From Candidatus Poribacteria bacterium (GTDB lineage: Bacteria > Poribacteria > WGA-4E > UBA9662), in the NCBI GenBank assembly GCA_046582655.1, contig JAYGDX010000073.1, positions 31,746 to 95,745 of the forward strand: 64,000 nt of DNA. The letters are read 5' to 3'. The notes below the pieces were generated by a model. That model made no database searches. It was given only the letters and a program-made list of their open reading frames with translations, and was not told the DNA's origin. The translations under genes and the position numbers were made by a program. The first letter of the stretch is position 1. Each line of letters opens with the position of its first letter. Of the stretch, positions 20,071 through 29,993 are shown piece after piece.

Positions 20071-21213
20071 ATGGATTCAAGTGTTTATGATTTGATAATT
20101 AATGCTGGGCGTGTTGTCTGTCCGTCCACCGGGCTTGATGGCCCGGGCGCAGTAGCGGTGAAGGGTGATCGAATTGTCTCTGTTGGCAATCGCTTCGAGG
20201 GGACTGCACGACAAACACTAGATTTTCCGAATGATTTGTTGCTTCCGGGTTTGGTGGATATGCACGCTCATCCGGCACGAGAGGGATCTAAGTATGGAAT
20301 TGATCCCGACATCCATATGCTACCGCGGGGAACAACGACTGTGCTTTCTCAGGGGGATGCAGGTGCTAGTAATTGGCCTCGCTACCGTGAATCTGTTGTT
20401 GAAAAGGCTTGTACATGCGTTCGTCTTGCCCTCAATCTGTCCATACGAGGTGAATCCACGGCAGGCGGCTGTTTTGAGAATTTATCAGACATAGATGTAG
20501 ATGCCTGTGTTGCTGCGGTTGAAGATGGAGGCGACGCGATCTGGGGCATTGCTGTCAACATCAGCACAGTCACCAGCGGTGACACAGATCCACACGAGAT
20601 CATGAGACGCGCACTGAGTGCTGCCGATCGGATAGGTTGTCCGCTACTCTTCGGTAGCCGAAGCCAGCCTGATTTCCCTTTGGCACACCAACTGGCGTGG
20701 CTCCGAACTGGCGATGTCGTTACCTACTGTTTCCGCAATGATACCGACCGAATTGTGAATGATAAGTGCGTTATAGATGAAGTCTGGAAAGCCCGTGAGA
20801 AAGGCGTTTTGTTCGATGTTGGACATGGTATGAATTCATTTCATTTTGATGTGGCGGAAACAGCAATTGCCTCAGGATTTCTACCCGACACTATCTCAAC
20901 AGACCTGTACCTTCGCCATGTGGGAAGTCACCCTCAACACGATTTGCCTCGTACGCTTTCTAAGTTGATTGCTGCGGGAATGTCTGAAGCAGATGCCCTG
21001 TCGCGAGTGACTATACGCCCAGCAGAGGTGCTGGGAATGTCTGGAGAGGTTGGCACATTGGCACCCGGCACCTCCGCTGATCTCTCTGTACTACGTTGGA
21101 ATTCAGAGACATTGCCCTTATGTGATGTCACGGGTGCTCCTCGTCCTGGAGGTTGCTGGGAACCAATCCTGACGGTGCGAGCTGGTCAGCTCATTGATAC
21201 TGTAGTCTCATAG
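20071..21213 (+). CDS. metal-dependent amidohydrolase (Amidohydro_1/3, dihydroorotase/D-aminoacylase-like)
   Basis: PGLVDMHAH motif. AGGAGG RBS before ATG 20071. The ORF-track start at 19939 is upstream read-through. Confidence 0.6.
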   Translation: MDSSVYDLIINAGRVVCPSTGLDGPGAVAVKGDRIVSVGNRFEGTARQTLDFPNDLLLPGLVDMHAHPAREGSKYGIDPDIHMLPRGTTTVLSQGDAGASNWPRYRESVVEKACTCVRLALNLSIRGESTAGGCFENLSDIDVDACVAAVEDGGDAIWGIAVNISTVTSGDTDPHEIMRRALSAADRIGCPLLFGSRSQPDFPLAHQLAWLRTGDVVTYCFRNDTDRIVNDKCVIDEVWKAREKGVLFDVGHGMNSFHFDVAETAIASGFLPDTISTDLYLRHVGSHPQHDLPRTLSKLIAAGMSEADALSRVTIRPAEVLGMSGEVGTLAPGTSADLSVLRWNSETLPLCDVTGAPRPGGCWEPILTVRAGQLIDTVVS

Positions 21214-21340
21214 TGCGCGATGTTGTTCATATCGCTTTTAGATGGTTTAAACGCTTGGCTGACTTTATCAATTGCTACCAGTGCAACATTGCCTCAGCAG
21301 TCCATGGAATATGCCACCTCTGAATAACAGAACGATAATG

Positions 21341-22179
21341 TTACACCAAACCGACAAGTTGTTTCATCTGGTCATCTATCATCTTTAGATGATCAGAGTT
21401 GAAACGTTCATGAATGGTCTGGCGAGCGTTTAACTCTTTTTCCTGATTCCCTTTTTGAGTGAAATTATATAAACAAACAAGTCGGGGTTGTTGCCGCAGA
21501 TTATCCGAAGCACTGTGTATTACCTGCCCATCATAAAAAAAAACACCTCCGGCTTTGAGGGCGATTTCCTCTGGATTCCAATCGAGTCCATCAAGATTGT
21601 CCTTGGCAGTATATGCATTGTTCTTTTCCTTTTCTGCTCGGAATTGTGGATCGGCTGCCGCTTTTTCGATAAGGTAGTGACTGCCTGGGACTGCCGTCAT
21701 GGCCCCGCCCGAAGGTTCAATATCAGCAAAAGTTAGCCAGGCGTTAGCGAAACTTCCTTCTCTCTCAAGAAAAGGCGTGTTAGAGAACCCATCAGTATGA
21801 CTCCGCCAGTTCCCATTTTTTAAACATCCACACACTTTTCCGAAAAAAGTAACAACGGGTATAGGTTCGGCTGAGAGCCGAAATGAACCATCAATCATGT
21901 GTGAAATCACCTCCAGCAATTTTGGATGTGTGGCAAATCGAGCGATTTCAGGAATACTGTGCTGAGGGGTCTTGAGTTGCCGTCGTGTTCCCCAGATATG
22001 GGCATAAGACTCTGGGGATTCGGGTCGAATTTTGTCAAGCAGAATGGCAGCTCCTTCTTTTGCTTCTCCTGTGGTAAGAACATTCTCAATAGTTGCGTAC
22101 CCTTGGGCAATAAATTGCTGGCGAAAGTCTTTAATATTTTGTTTTGGCAGAGGACTTCTCCTGAGAGTATTTTTATCAT
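21341..22179 (-). pseudogene. PhyH family dioxygenase interrupted by a 1-nt frameshift near the N-terminus (ORFs 21341..21919 and 21907..22179)
   Basis: Minus-strand frame shows a clean PhyH N-terminus NIKDFRQQFIAQGYATIENVL...HPKLLEVISHMIDG continuous with the 192-aa ORF but with no start codon. The ATG at 22179 lies in the adjacent frame. The frames meet in an A-rich tract (caaaacaaaatattaaag). Confidence 0.5.
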
Positions 22180-22188
22180 ATTAACGGA

Positions 22189-23172
22189 CTATGGAACTTG
22201 AGCACCCTGTGTTTCCACATAAAGAGCGTAAAGAGACTGGCTTCCGGCCATGAAAACTCGGTTCCTTTTAACACCACCGAAACATAAGTTAGCACAAACC
22301 TCAGGAAGATGAATCTTGCCAATTAGATCACCATCGGGTGCAAAAATGTGGACACCGTCATATCCTTCACCTACCCAGCCTGCGCTTGACCAGAGATTCC
22401 CATCAACATCGCAGCGGATACCATCTGCTAATCCCGGTGACATGTCGCAAAAAAAACGCCCGCTTTTCAGTCGGGCATTGTCAGCCACGTCATAGACGCG
22501 AATGTGACGTGGATGATCTGGTTTATGTGTGGCTCCAGTATCGACAATATATAACTTGGAATAGTCAGGCGAGAAGCAGAGGCCGTTGGGTTTTTCAAGC
22601 TCGTCTGCAACCACCGTGGCTTCACCCGTATCTGGGTTAAGTCGGTAAACGTTGGTTGGTAATTCAAAGTCAGCTCTCTCTCCTTCATAGTGAAGGAGAA
22701 TCCCATAGCCAGGATCAGTGAACCAAATATGTCCATCCGGGTGAACCACCACATCGTTGGGGGCGTTTAATGGTTTACCTTCGAAACTCTCCATTAACAC
22801 GGTGATGCGACCATCATATTCCGTTCGAGTCACGCGACGTGTCAGATGTTCACAGGTAACTAACCTACCTTGCTTATCACGGGTATTGCCGTTACTGTTA
22901 TTGGCAGGTTGCCGAAAGACGGTGACCTGACCGGTTTCCTCTATCCAGCGCATTATCCTGTTGTTGGGAATATCACTCCAGATCAGGCAACGTGCATCCC
23001 CAAACCAGACTGGGCCTTCCGACCATCGAGCGCCAGTCCATAATCGTTCCACCACAGCGTTACCAATTAGATACTTGGCAAACCGTTGATCAACTATCTC
23101 AATGGCTGGATCGGGATACCTGGTGATCCCTTGATCCCATTTTCTATTGACACTTGAAATGTTACTCATCAT
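22189..23172 (-). CDS. SMP-30/gluconolactonase/LRE-like six-bladed beta-propeller protein (lactonase)
   Basis: SGL-family length and motifs (RFNDG-like, repeated D-x-x-G-N-L-W blades). Confidence 0.65.
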   Translation of the reverse strand: MMSNISSVNRKWDQGITRYPDPAIEIVDQRFAKYLIGNAVVERLWTGARWSEGPVWFGDARCLIWSDIPNNRIMRWIEETGQVTVFRQPANNSNGNTRDKQGRLVTCEHLTRRVTRTEYDGRITVLMESFEGKPLNAPNDVVVHPDGHIWFTDPGYGILLHYEGERADFELPTNVYRLNPDTGEATVVADELEKPNGLCFSPDYSKLYIVDTGATHKPDHPRHIRVYDVADNARLKSGRFFCDMSPGLADGIRCDVDGNLWSSAGWVGEGYDGVHIFAPDGDLIGKIHLPEVCANLCFGGVKRNRVFMAGSQSLYALYVETQGAQVP

Positions 23173-24029
23173 CTCTCCTTGATATACAAATACAAAAAAT
23201 AATAGGGTTAGACCAGTTTATATGGTCATTATTTTTAATTTATAGCAATAGTTTATATAAATTCTGTTTGCTTAAGATGAAATTACTTCAGAATTACCGT
23301 CTTCCGTGTGTTCGTAATCGATAAAAAATAGACTCTACTGGTCACTTGTTCTCCAACTTGATTCCGTTCATCTTTAAAGTTAAAGTAGATAATAGTCATG
23401 ATTTCCTTTACCTCAGCCTTGGCCTGAATCTTGTAAGTAGAAAACGACTGAATCGATCGGGGAACGGTAGTTTTGGTTCGGATGGTCGGTCAGAATAAGA
23501 CTGAACATTCGGGGCCAACCAGTAGGTGTGGAAGTAAACTGGAGAACCTAAGGTGGAAAGTTTCCCAGGTGGAACAGAACGATCCAACTCATCAAGCTCA
23601 TTACTGACTAATGTTGATATTCCTACAGCTAATTTGAGTAGGCTAACGTCATCCTTTGTAACTTTGTAAACGGTTTCCAGCTTAGGCCTGAGTTCTGGGA
23701 GAGGCGGGCTTGGTCGGGAATATTAGCCGAACCCTCCACGTCCTGAGCCCTCATTTGTCCAGTGCTTATGATAGTCTTTATCTTCTAAATCGGACGCTGC
23801 CATTGGAATTACAAACTTTATACTGGAAAAAATATCCTTATTAGGCGACCCCTAGTTCGCGACTGCATCCTTGAAATAACTACTTGGGAAAGTTGCCTTG
23901 GCTCAGCGAAGTGCCGATAGTAGCTTACGTTGCCGAATCATAACGGGGAATAGTAACATCATTGGGAGTGGTCTCACTGTAAGCACGTTAGCATGACTTT
24001 ATTCTCATCTTTGACCAGTTGAATTAGCT

Positions 24030-25043
24030 TTAACTGGCAAGCCGGTTTGAAACCCACCCAACTTGGTGAACGTGATTTCTGATTTCCTCAATAATTTGAT
24101 GTATTCCTTCAACATGATCGCAAGTCTGCAATCTGATGCGAAATTCTTTCATGTGCGGAATACTTTTAAAATAATTTTTGTAATGACGACGCATTTCTAA
24201 TATTCCTAACCTGTTTCCTTTCCATTTAATTGAAAAATCAAGATGGCGCATCAGCACCCGAATACGTTCTTCGACTGAGGGAGTAGACCGTAGTTTTCCA
24301 GTCGACAAATAATCTTTAATCTCGTTAAAAATCCAAGGATAACCAATACTGGCACGACCAATCATAATTCCGTCAACACCATACTTTCGGCGCATCTCAT
24401 CAGCCTTTTGCGGGCTATCAACATCACCATTACCAAAAACAGGAATTGTCATGCGAGGATTATCCTTAATTTTACCGATCAATTCCCATTCAGCCGAACC
24501 TTTGTACATTTGCTTTCGTGTTCGACCGTGAATCGATATGGCTTTGATACCGACACCTTGTAGACGCTCAGCAACTTCGATAACATACATGGTATTTCGG
24601 TCCCAGCCCAGCCTGGTTTTTACAGTTACAGGAAGGCGCGTCGCTTTCACAATCTCAGCGGTCATCTTTACCATCTTTGGAATATCTTTGAGAATCCCGG
24701 CACCAGCACCTTTGGATGCAACTTTCTTCACAGGGCACCCATAGTTAATGTCAATAATATCGGGTCTAGCCTGTTCAGCAATTTCTGTTGCTTGGCGCAT
24801 CGATTCTATTTCATTACCGAAGATTTGGATTCCTATAGGATGTTCATATTCGAAAATATCAAGTTTAGCAACACTCTTAGCTGCATGACGGATCAAACCT
24901 TCCGAGGAAATGAATTCGGTAAACATTAAATCCGCACCATTTTCCTTGCAGGCAATACGAAATGGGGGATCACTCACGTCCTCCATTGGAGCTAATAAAA
25001 GAGGGAACTCTGAGATCTTGATATCACCTATTTTTACCATCAC
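24030..25043 (-). CDS. dus: tRNA-dihydrouridine synthase
   Basis: LAPMEDVSDPPFR and INYGCPVKKV motifs with the catalytic Cys context. Confidence 0.85.
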   Translation of the reverse strand: MMVKIGDIKISEFPLLLAPMEDVSDPPFRIACKENGADLMFTEFISSEGLIRHAAKSVAKLDIFEYEHPIGIQIFGNEIESMRQATEIAEQARPDIIDINYGCPVKKVASKGAGAGILKDIPKMVKMTAEIVKATRLPVTVKTRLGWDRNTMYVIEVAERLQGVGIKAISIHGRTRKQMYKGSAEWELIGKIKDNPRMTIPVFGNGDVDSPQKADEMRRKYGVDGIMIGRASIGYPWIFNEIKDYLSTGKLRSTPSVEERIRVLMRHLDFSIKWKGNRLGILEMRRHYKNYFKSIPHMKEFRIRLQTCDHVEGIHQIIEEIRNHVHQVGWVSNRLAS

Positions 25044-25106
25044 GCCATCTTTCAGATGCTAGATATAAATCAATAAGACTTCAAACCAATCGTATTACTG
25101 AAACAT

Positions 25107-26072
25107 TTATAACTGAACAGCTTTACCAGTTCGGGCAGATTCATAGATCGCCATATTCAGTTCAATAGATCTCTTTCCTTCATACCCATCCACAGCAGCT
25201 TGCTTACCATTATTGATAACCTGAATTGCATCTTCAATCGTGTTCTTTGGATAATGGGGCAATTCAATTTCTGGTTCGTCTTCTTTGAAATCCCAAATGT
25301 TTGGTCCAAGTCCCACAACCCCTTTTGTGCCATGTATCTGAATCATTGAAACATTATTGCTTGGAAAAGTAGTTGTCGTGTATACAGTTCCAATCGCACC
25401 ATTCTTGAATTGCAAGATAGCAGTGGCCAAGTCTTCTGTTTCACAATTTTCATGAGAGTACACACCGAAGTGGGCACCAATCACCTTATCAACGTCTCCC
25501 ATAAACCATAGCATCAAGTCAACGTAGTGCACACCCTGATTCATAATGGATCCGCCACCGTCAAATTCCCATGTACCATGCCAGCCAACATAATAGCTGT
25601 CAGCACGGAACCATTTCATGCGTAACTCACAGTGGATTGGCTTGCCAATTACCTCGTTTTGGACAGCGTGTTGTATTCGTCGGTTATGTTCACCGTAACG
25701 TTCCTGAAAATCAACCAGCAGCTTAACCTCATTTTTCTCGCAAGCATCGATTAAAGCATCACAATTCTCAATACTTACATCCATTGGTTTAGTGGTGATA
25801 ACATGTGTTCCACGATTGGCCGCTTCTATTCCGATCTTGGCATGTAATCCACTTGGCAACATGATCATTCCAACATCAATATCGTCCCGATCAAACATCT
25901 CATTTGCTTCTGTGTAAGTATCACATCCAAATTTCTCGGCTGCATTATTACATCTGTCTTCATCGAGATCGGCCACCGCAACCAGTTTTGCCCCGTCTGT
26001 ATTAGCAATTTGATTTGCTCGGTTCATTCCCATTCCCAGACCAACAACACCAAAACCTAATTCTATGCTCAT
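25107..26072 (-). CDS. Gfo/Idh/MocA family oxidoreductase
   Basis: GFGVVGLGMG Rossmann motif and TKPMD (EKP-like) motif. Confidence 0.75.
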   Translation of the reverse strand: MSIELGFGVVGLGMGMNRANQIANTDGAKLVAVADLDEDRCNNAAEKFGCDTYTEANEMFDRDDIDVGMIMLPSGLHAKIGIEAANRGTHVITTKPMDVSIENCDALIDACEKNEVKLLVDFQERYGEHNRRIQHAVQNEVIGKPIHCELRMKWFRADSYYVGWHGTWEFDGGGSIMNQGVHYVDLMLWFMGDVDKVIGAHFGVYSHENCETEDLATAILQFKNGAIGTVYTTTTFPSNNVSMIQIHGTKGVVGLGPNIWDFKEDEPEIELPHYPKNTIEDAIQVINNGKQAAVDGYEGKRSIELNMAIYESARTGKAVQL

Positions 26073-26162
26073 ATAATAACTCCCAACATCAAAAAATGCT
26101 TAATTTAACAGATAGCACAGAATTATGTGAAAATGTAGTATTGATGTCAAGACATATCTAAT

Positions 26163-27512
26163 TTATATGCCTGACAAATAGGTTTCAAGATCGATTATCG
26201 CGCGTTCAGCGTAAGCTTTTGCCCGAACTCGTTTGCGCATTTTCTTCCCTGATTCTAATTCTAATGGAGGTAGCAGGCCAAAATTAGCCTTCATTGGCTG
26301 AAAATCCGCTAAACTTGCGTGTGTAACGTAGTGGCAAAGCGAACCCAGAATTGTTGTTCTTGGTAGAGTAATTAATTCTTTTCCATTTAACAGTCGTACT
26401 AAGTTCCAACCAGCTAGTAATCCAGTAGCAAAATTTCCAACGTAGCCTTCGACGCCCGTAATCTGACCAGCAAAAAAAAGATCCTCACGACGACGAAATT
26501 GCATGGTGGGTTTCAGCAATTTGGGTGCCGAGATAAATGTGTTACGATGCATTTGACCATACCTCGCAAATTCTGCATTTGCCAAGCCTGGAACCGATTG
26601 AAACACACGTTTCTGCTCAGGAAATTTTAGATTCGTCTGAAATCCAACCATATTGTAAAGTGTTCCGGCAATATTATCTCTCCGCAACTGCACAACGGCA
26701 TATGCACGACGGTTTGTTTTAGGATCTATTAATCCAACAGGTCGCATCGGTCCATAAGCCAGAGTGTCGCGTCCTCGCTGAGCGATAATTTCTACTGGCA
26801 GGCATCCTTCGAAAAATTTGTGTGCCCCAGCTTTAACTCCTGATTCAATAGCAGACTCAAACGAATGTAGTTCGATACGTTCGGCGTCCTTGACATTATT
26901 AACAAACTCTTCATATTGATCACGATTAAGCGGACAATTGATATAATCACCTTCTTCAAATTCGCCTTTACCATACCGGGATCCAAAAAAAGCAACATCC
27001 ATATTAATTGATTCAAAACCCACTATTGGCGAAATGGCATCAAAGAAGTAGAGATGTTCTTCACCACTCACGGCTGTAATCGAATTCGCCAGATTCATTG
27101 ATGTTAACGGACCAGATGCTATGATTGTTGGTCCTATTGGGATTTCGGTGATTTCTTGGTGTATAACTTCAATTTTTGGGTGTTCCTTAATTCGCTTAGT
27201 AATGAGTTGTGAAAAAGCCTGCCGGTCGACAGCTAGTGCTCCGCCGGCAGGCACTGCCGTTTGATCGGCACATTCCATCAATAGCGATCCAAGTTGTCTT
27301 AGCTCCGTTTTCAGTACACCAGAGGCACGGTCGGGCAGGTTTGATCCAAGCGAATTTGAGCAGACCAGTTCACCCAAATCGGCAGTAACATGCGCCCCCG
27401 TTTCGACTGTCGGTCTCATTTCGTAAAGTCTCACGTTGACATCTCGTTCCGCTATTTGCCAAGCGGCTTCGCTTCCAGCCAAACCTCCACCGATAATGAC
27501 AACCTGTTTCAT
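26163..27512 (-). CDS. trmFO: methylenetetrahydrofolate--tRNA-(uracil54-C5)-methyltransferase TrmFO (Gid)
   Basis: VVIIGGGLAGSEAAWQ FAD-binding N-terminus. 449 aa. Conserved GIDA/TrmFO blocks. Confidence 0.85.
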   Translation of the reverse strand: MKQVVIIGGGLAGSEAAWQIAERDVNVRLYEMRPTVETGAHVTADLGELVCSNSLGSNLPDRASGVLKTELRQLGSLLMECADQTAVPAGGALAVDRQAFSQLITKRIKEHPKIEVIHQEITEIPIGPTIIASGPLTSMNLANSITAVSGEEHLYFFDAISPIVGFESINMDVAFFGSRYGKGEFEEGDYINCPLNRDQYEEFVNNVKDAERIELHSFESAIESGVKAGAHKFFEGCLPVEIIAQRGRDTLAYGPMRPVGLIDPKTNRRAYAVVQLRRDNIAGTLYNMVGFQTNLKFPEQKRVFQSVPGLANAEFARYGQMHRNTFISAPKLLKPTMQFRRREDLFFAGQITGVEGYVGNFATGLLAGWNLVRLLNGKELITLPRTTILGSLCHYVTHASLADFQPMKANFGLLPPLELESGKKMRKRVRAKAYAERAIIDLETYLSGI

Positions 27513-27515
27513 CTT

Positions 27516-29285
27516 TTATCCCTGCTTCCATTCTTGAAATTCATCTCTTGTAAAAGTATTGATCACATTCTTTTTTTCCAACCAACCGCGTCGTGCCACA
27601 TTAATGCCCAACCACATGCGATCAAGATCTTTTGCCGCGTGAGCATCGGTATTAATGGAGATCATAGCTCCCTTTTCCCTAGCATTTTTAACGATATCCG
27701 GTTCAAGATCAAGGCGACTTGGTGAGGCGTTGATTTCTAATGCTACTCCATTGTCAACTGCGGCATCAATAACCGCTGATGAGTTGATTGCATATCCCGG
27801 CCTTCGCATCAAAAGACGTCCAGTTGGATGACCAAGAACATCCACAAATGGATTCTCTATCGCTCGGACCAACCGTTTGGTCATGTCTGCCTCATTCATT
27901 TCAAAATTGCTGTGCACACTTGCCACAACAACGTCGAGTTTGGACAAAACCTGATCACTGAAATCGAGCCGACCATCTTTTAAGATATCAACCTCCAAAC
28001 CTGCCAGAATCTCCAATCCGTCAATGCGTTCGTTTAAATCACGGATCTGTTCGATCTGGGCAAACAACCGAGTTGAATCAAGACCATTAGCTATTCTGGA
28101 TGACTGTGAGTGATCGGTAATAGCAATAAAATTATATCCAATTTCAAGGGCAATCTTAGCCATTTCCCCGACCGTGTTGAGGCCATCACTCCAACTTGTA
28201 TGCATGTGAAGATCGGACCGAACGTCGCTCAATTCAATAAGTTCAGGAATTTCATCTGTGAGTGCAAGATCAGTAATTTCCTTTGATTTTCGCAACTCAG
28301 GGACAATATACGGTAAATCAAGTTGGGCGTAAATTTCAGTTTCTGTCTTACCGTACATCCACTCTTCCTTGGAGAGCCCCCTGTCACTGGCAAGATCGTG
28401 AATACTTTGAAGATGCTCAGGCGCAGCGGTTGTTGAGAATAATAATTGGCCATATGTATCTGGAGTTGCGTTATGGATCTCCACAGGGAATCCATCGGGA
28501 ATCTCCATCAGCACACACGAATCTTTGATTTCAAGTGCCTCAATTTGATCCAAGGGAGATAAAACTGGCAGCAGAACCGACAGATCGTCACACATAATTA
28601 CTAACTCGAGACTTTGGAGGACCTCCTCATACCGACGAAGATCACCAGTGAAATCGATTTGTTTTACTAGACCACACTCCTTCAAGGCCTCAACAATCTC
28701 GTCTGCGATTGGAAGTACTTGACCTAGGAGACGCTTGCCTTCAAACGACTCAATATGCTGAAGACTGTGATTAATCGTTTGAATCGTCTTTTGCCCGAAA
28801 CCACTGACATTCTTCAGTAACCCCTCATTAACTGCACGACGTAAGTCAACAAGGGTTTTTATGCCAGCATCATGGTACAAACGTGCTGCGCTCTTTACTC
28901 CAATACCACGTACCTGAAGTAGACTAAGCGCATCCTCACCAATCTCACGCTTCAGTCCTTCATAAAATTCACAGGTGCCAGTTTCCAAGATTTCAACTGT
29001 TTTTGACTCGATTGCCTGACCAATGCCGGGAATTGTCCTCAAATTACCTTCAACAGCCAATTGTGCTATGGATTGAGGAAGTTCTTCAATCAGAGTTGCT
29101 GCGCGCTCGTAGCTTCGTTGGCGGTAAGAGCTTTCACCTTTAATCTGTAAAAGATTACTGATATTCTTAAAAACCTGACTAATTTCTTCGTTCGTCACCG
29201 GATCACTTACCTCAAGGTTTGCCAATTTTCCTGTTTTTTCGATCACGTCGTTTATCGTATACGCAAAATGAAATCCAATTCGCAC
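27516..29285 (-). CDS. polX: DNA polymerase family X with C-terminal PHP phosphoesterase domain (PolX)
   Basis: HhH/pol-beta-like N-terminal blocks. PHP motif DLHMHTSWSDG. 589 aa. 3-nt gap to trmFO. Confidence 0.8.
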   Translation of the reverse strand: MRIGFHFAYTINDVIEKTGKLANLEVSDPVTNEEISQVFKNISNLLQIKGESSYRQRSYERAATLIEELPQSIAQLAVEGNLRTIPGIGQAIESKTVEILETGTCEFYEGLKREIGEDALSLLQVRGIGVKSAARLYHDAGIKTLVDLRRAVNEGLLKNVSGFGQKTIQTINHSLQHIESFEGKRLLGQVLPIADEIVEALKECGLVKQIDFTGDLRRYEEVLQSLELVIMCDDLSVLLPVLSPLDQIEALEIKDSCVLMEIPDGFPVEIHNATPDTYGQLLFSTTAAPEHLQSIHDLASDRGLSKEEWMYGKTETEIYAQLDLPYIVPELRKSKEITDLALTDEIPELIELSDVRSDLHMHTSWSDGLNTVGEMAKIALEIGYNFIAITDHSQSSRIANGLDSTRLFAQIEQIRDLNERIDGLEILAGLEVDILKDGRLDFSDQVLSKLDVVVASVHSNFEMNEADMTKRLVRAIENPFVDVLGHPTGRLLMRRPGYAINSSAVIDAAVDNGVALEINASPSRLDLEPDIVKNAREKGAMISINTDAHAAKDLDRMWLGINVARRGWLEKKNVINTFTRDEFQEWKQG

Positions 29286-29391
29286 TTCTGGGAGCCGAAT
29301 TAAAATTTGATGTTAGGCTACTAACTGAAAATCGTGAAATTAGAACAGAAAAGAGTAAAATTCAAGTGAGTGTTCTCGGGAACATCTCACT

Positions 29392-29991
29392 TTACTGCCG
29401 TTTAGCAAGAGTGTAGACTTCAATTTCACGCAGGCTGGCATAGGATGGCTGTAATACTCGGAAGTAAGTAACTAGGCGGCCATAAAAATTCTTCCGGATC
29501 TTATTGACAATCTTATCATTCGGGTCTGGATCGGTTTTTGAAATAACTCGATCGTCTACTGTTCGTCGTACTTTAAGACGCAGCATATTGGTTTGAAAAT
29601 TTAATCGATCAATCACATATTTCGGCTGAACTCGCCTGCCGTCAAGATTGCGGCGTTGTAGAACTGTATGCGCTTGTTTCCATTCCTGATTTTCGAGATC
29701 CCAATAATCAAGGTCGAAACGGAAAAGGTTGACGTTGTAGACAATAACTTTCCGTACTTTATAAATCTGGGGAAATTTGAGCCCAAACACCCTGTGGTTT
29801 GCAGGATCAACAACCGCAATAGTCCCTAGTTTGCCATCGTTAACAGCGGGATCAGAGGCTTCTGTTTCGTTAGATGCTAATGCCAGATTTTCACTCCACT
29901 GCGTTGATAGCATGCTGGTTGACAAACAACCGAATAAGCTGATGCAAAATAGGATCATGCAGATAGCAGATATACTTTGTGATACATTCAT
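29392..29991 (-). CDS. lipoprotein with a probable F5/8 type C (discoidin-like) domain
   Basis: Signal peptide with LFGC lipobox. C-terminal SLREIEVY resembles the discoidin terminal motif. 2-nt gap to the rhomboid gene. Confidence 0.4.
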   Translation of the reverse strand: MNVSQSISAICMILFCISLFGCLSTSMLSTQWSENLALASNETEASDPAVNDGKLGTIAVVDPANHRVFGLKFPQIYKVRKVIVYNVNLFRFDLDYWDLENQEWKQAHTVLQRRNLDGRRVQPKYVIDRLNFQTNMLRLKVRRTVDDRVISKTDPDPNDKIVNKIRKNFYGRLVTYFRVLQPSYASLREIEVYTLAKRQ

Positions 29992-29993
29992 AT

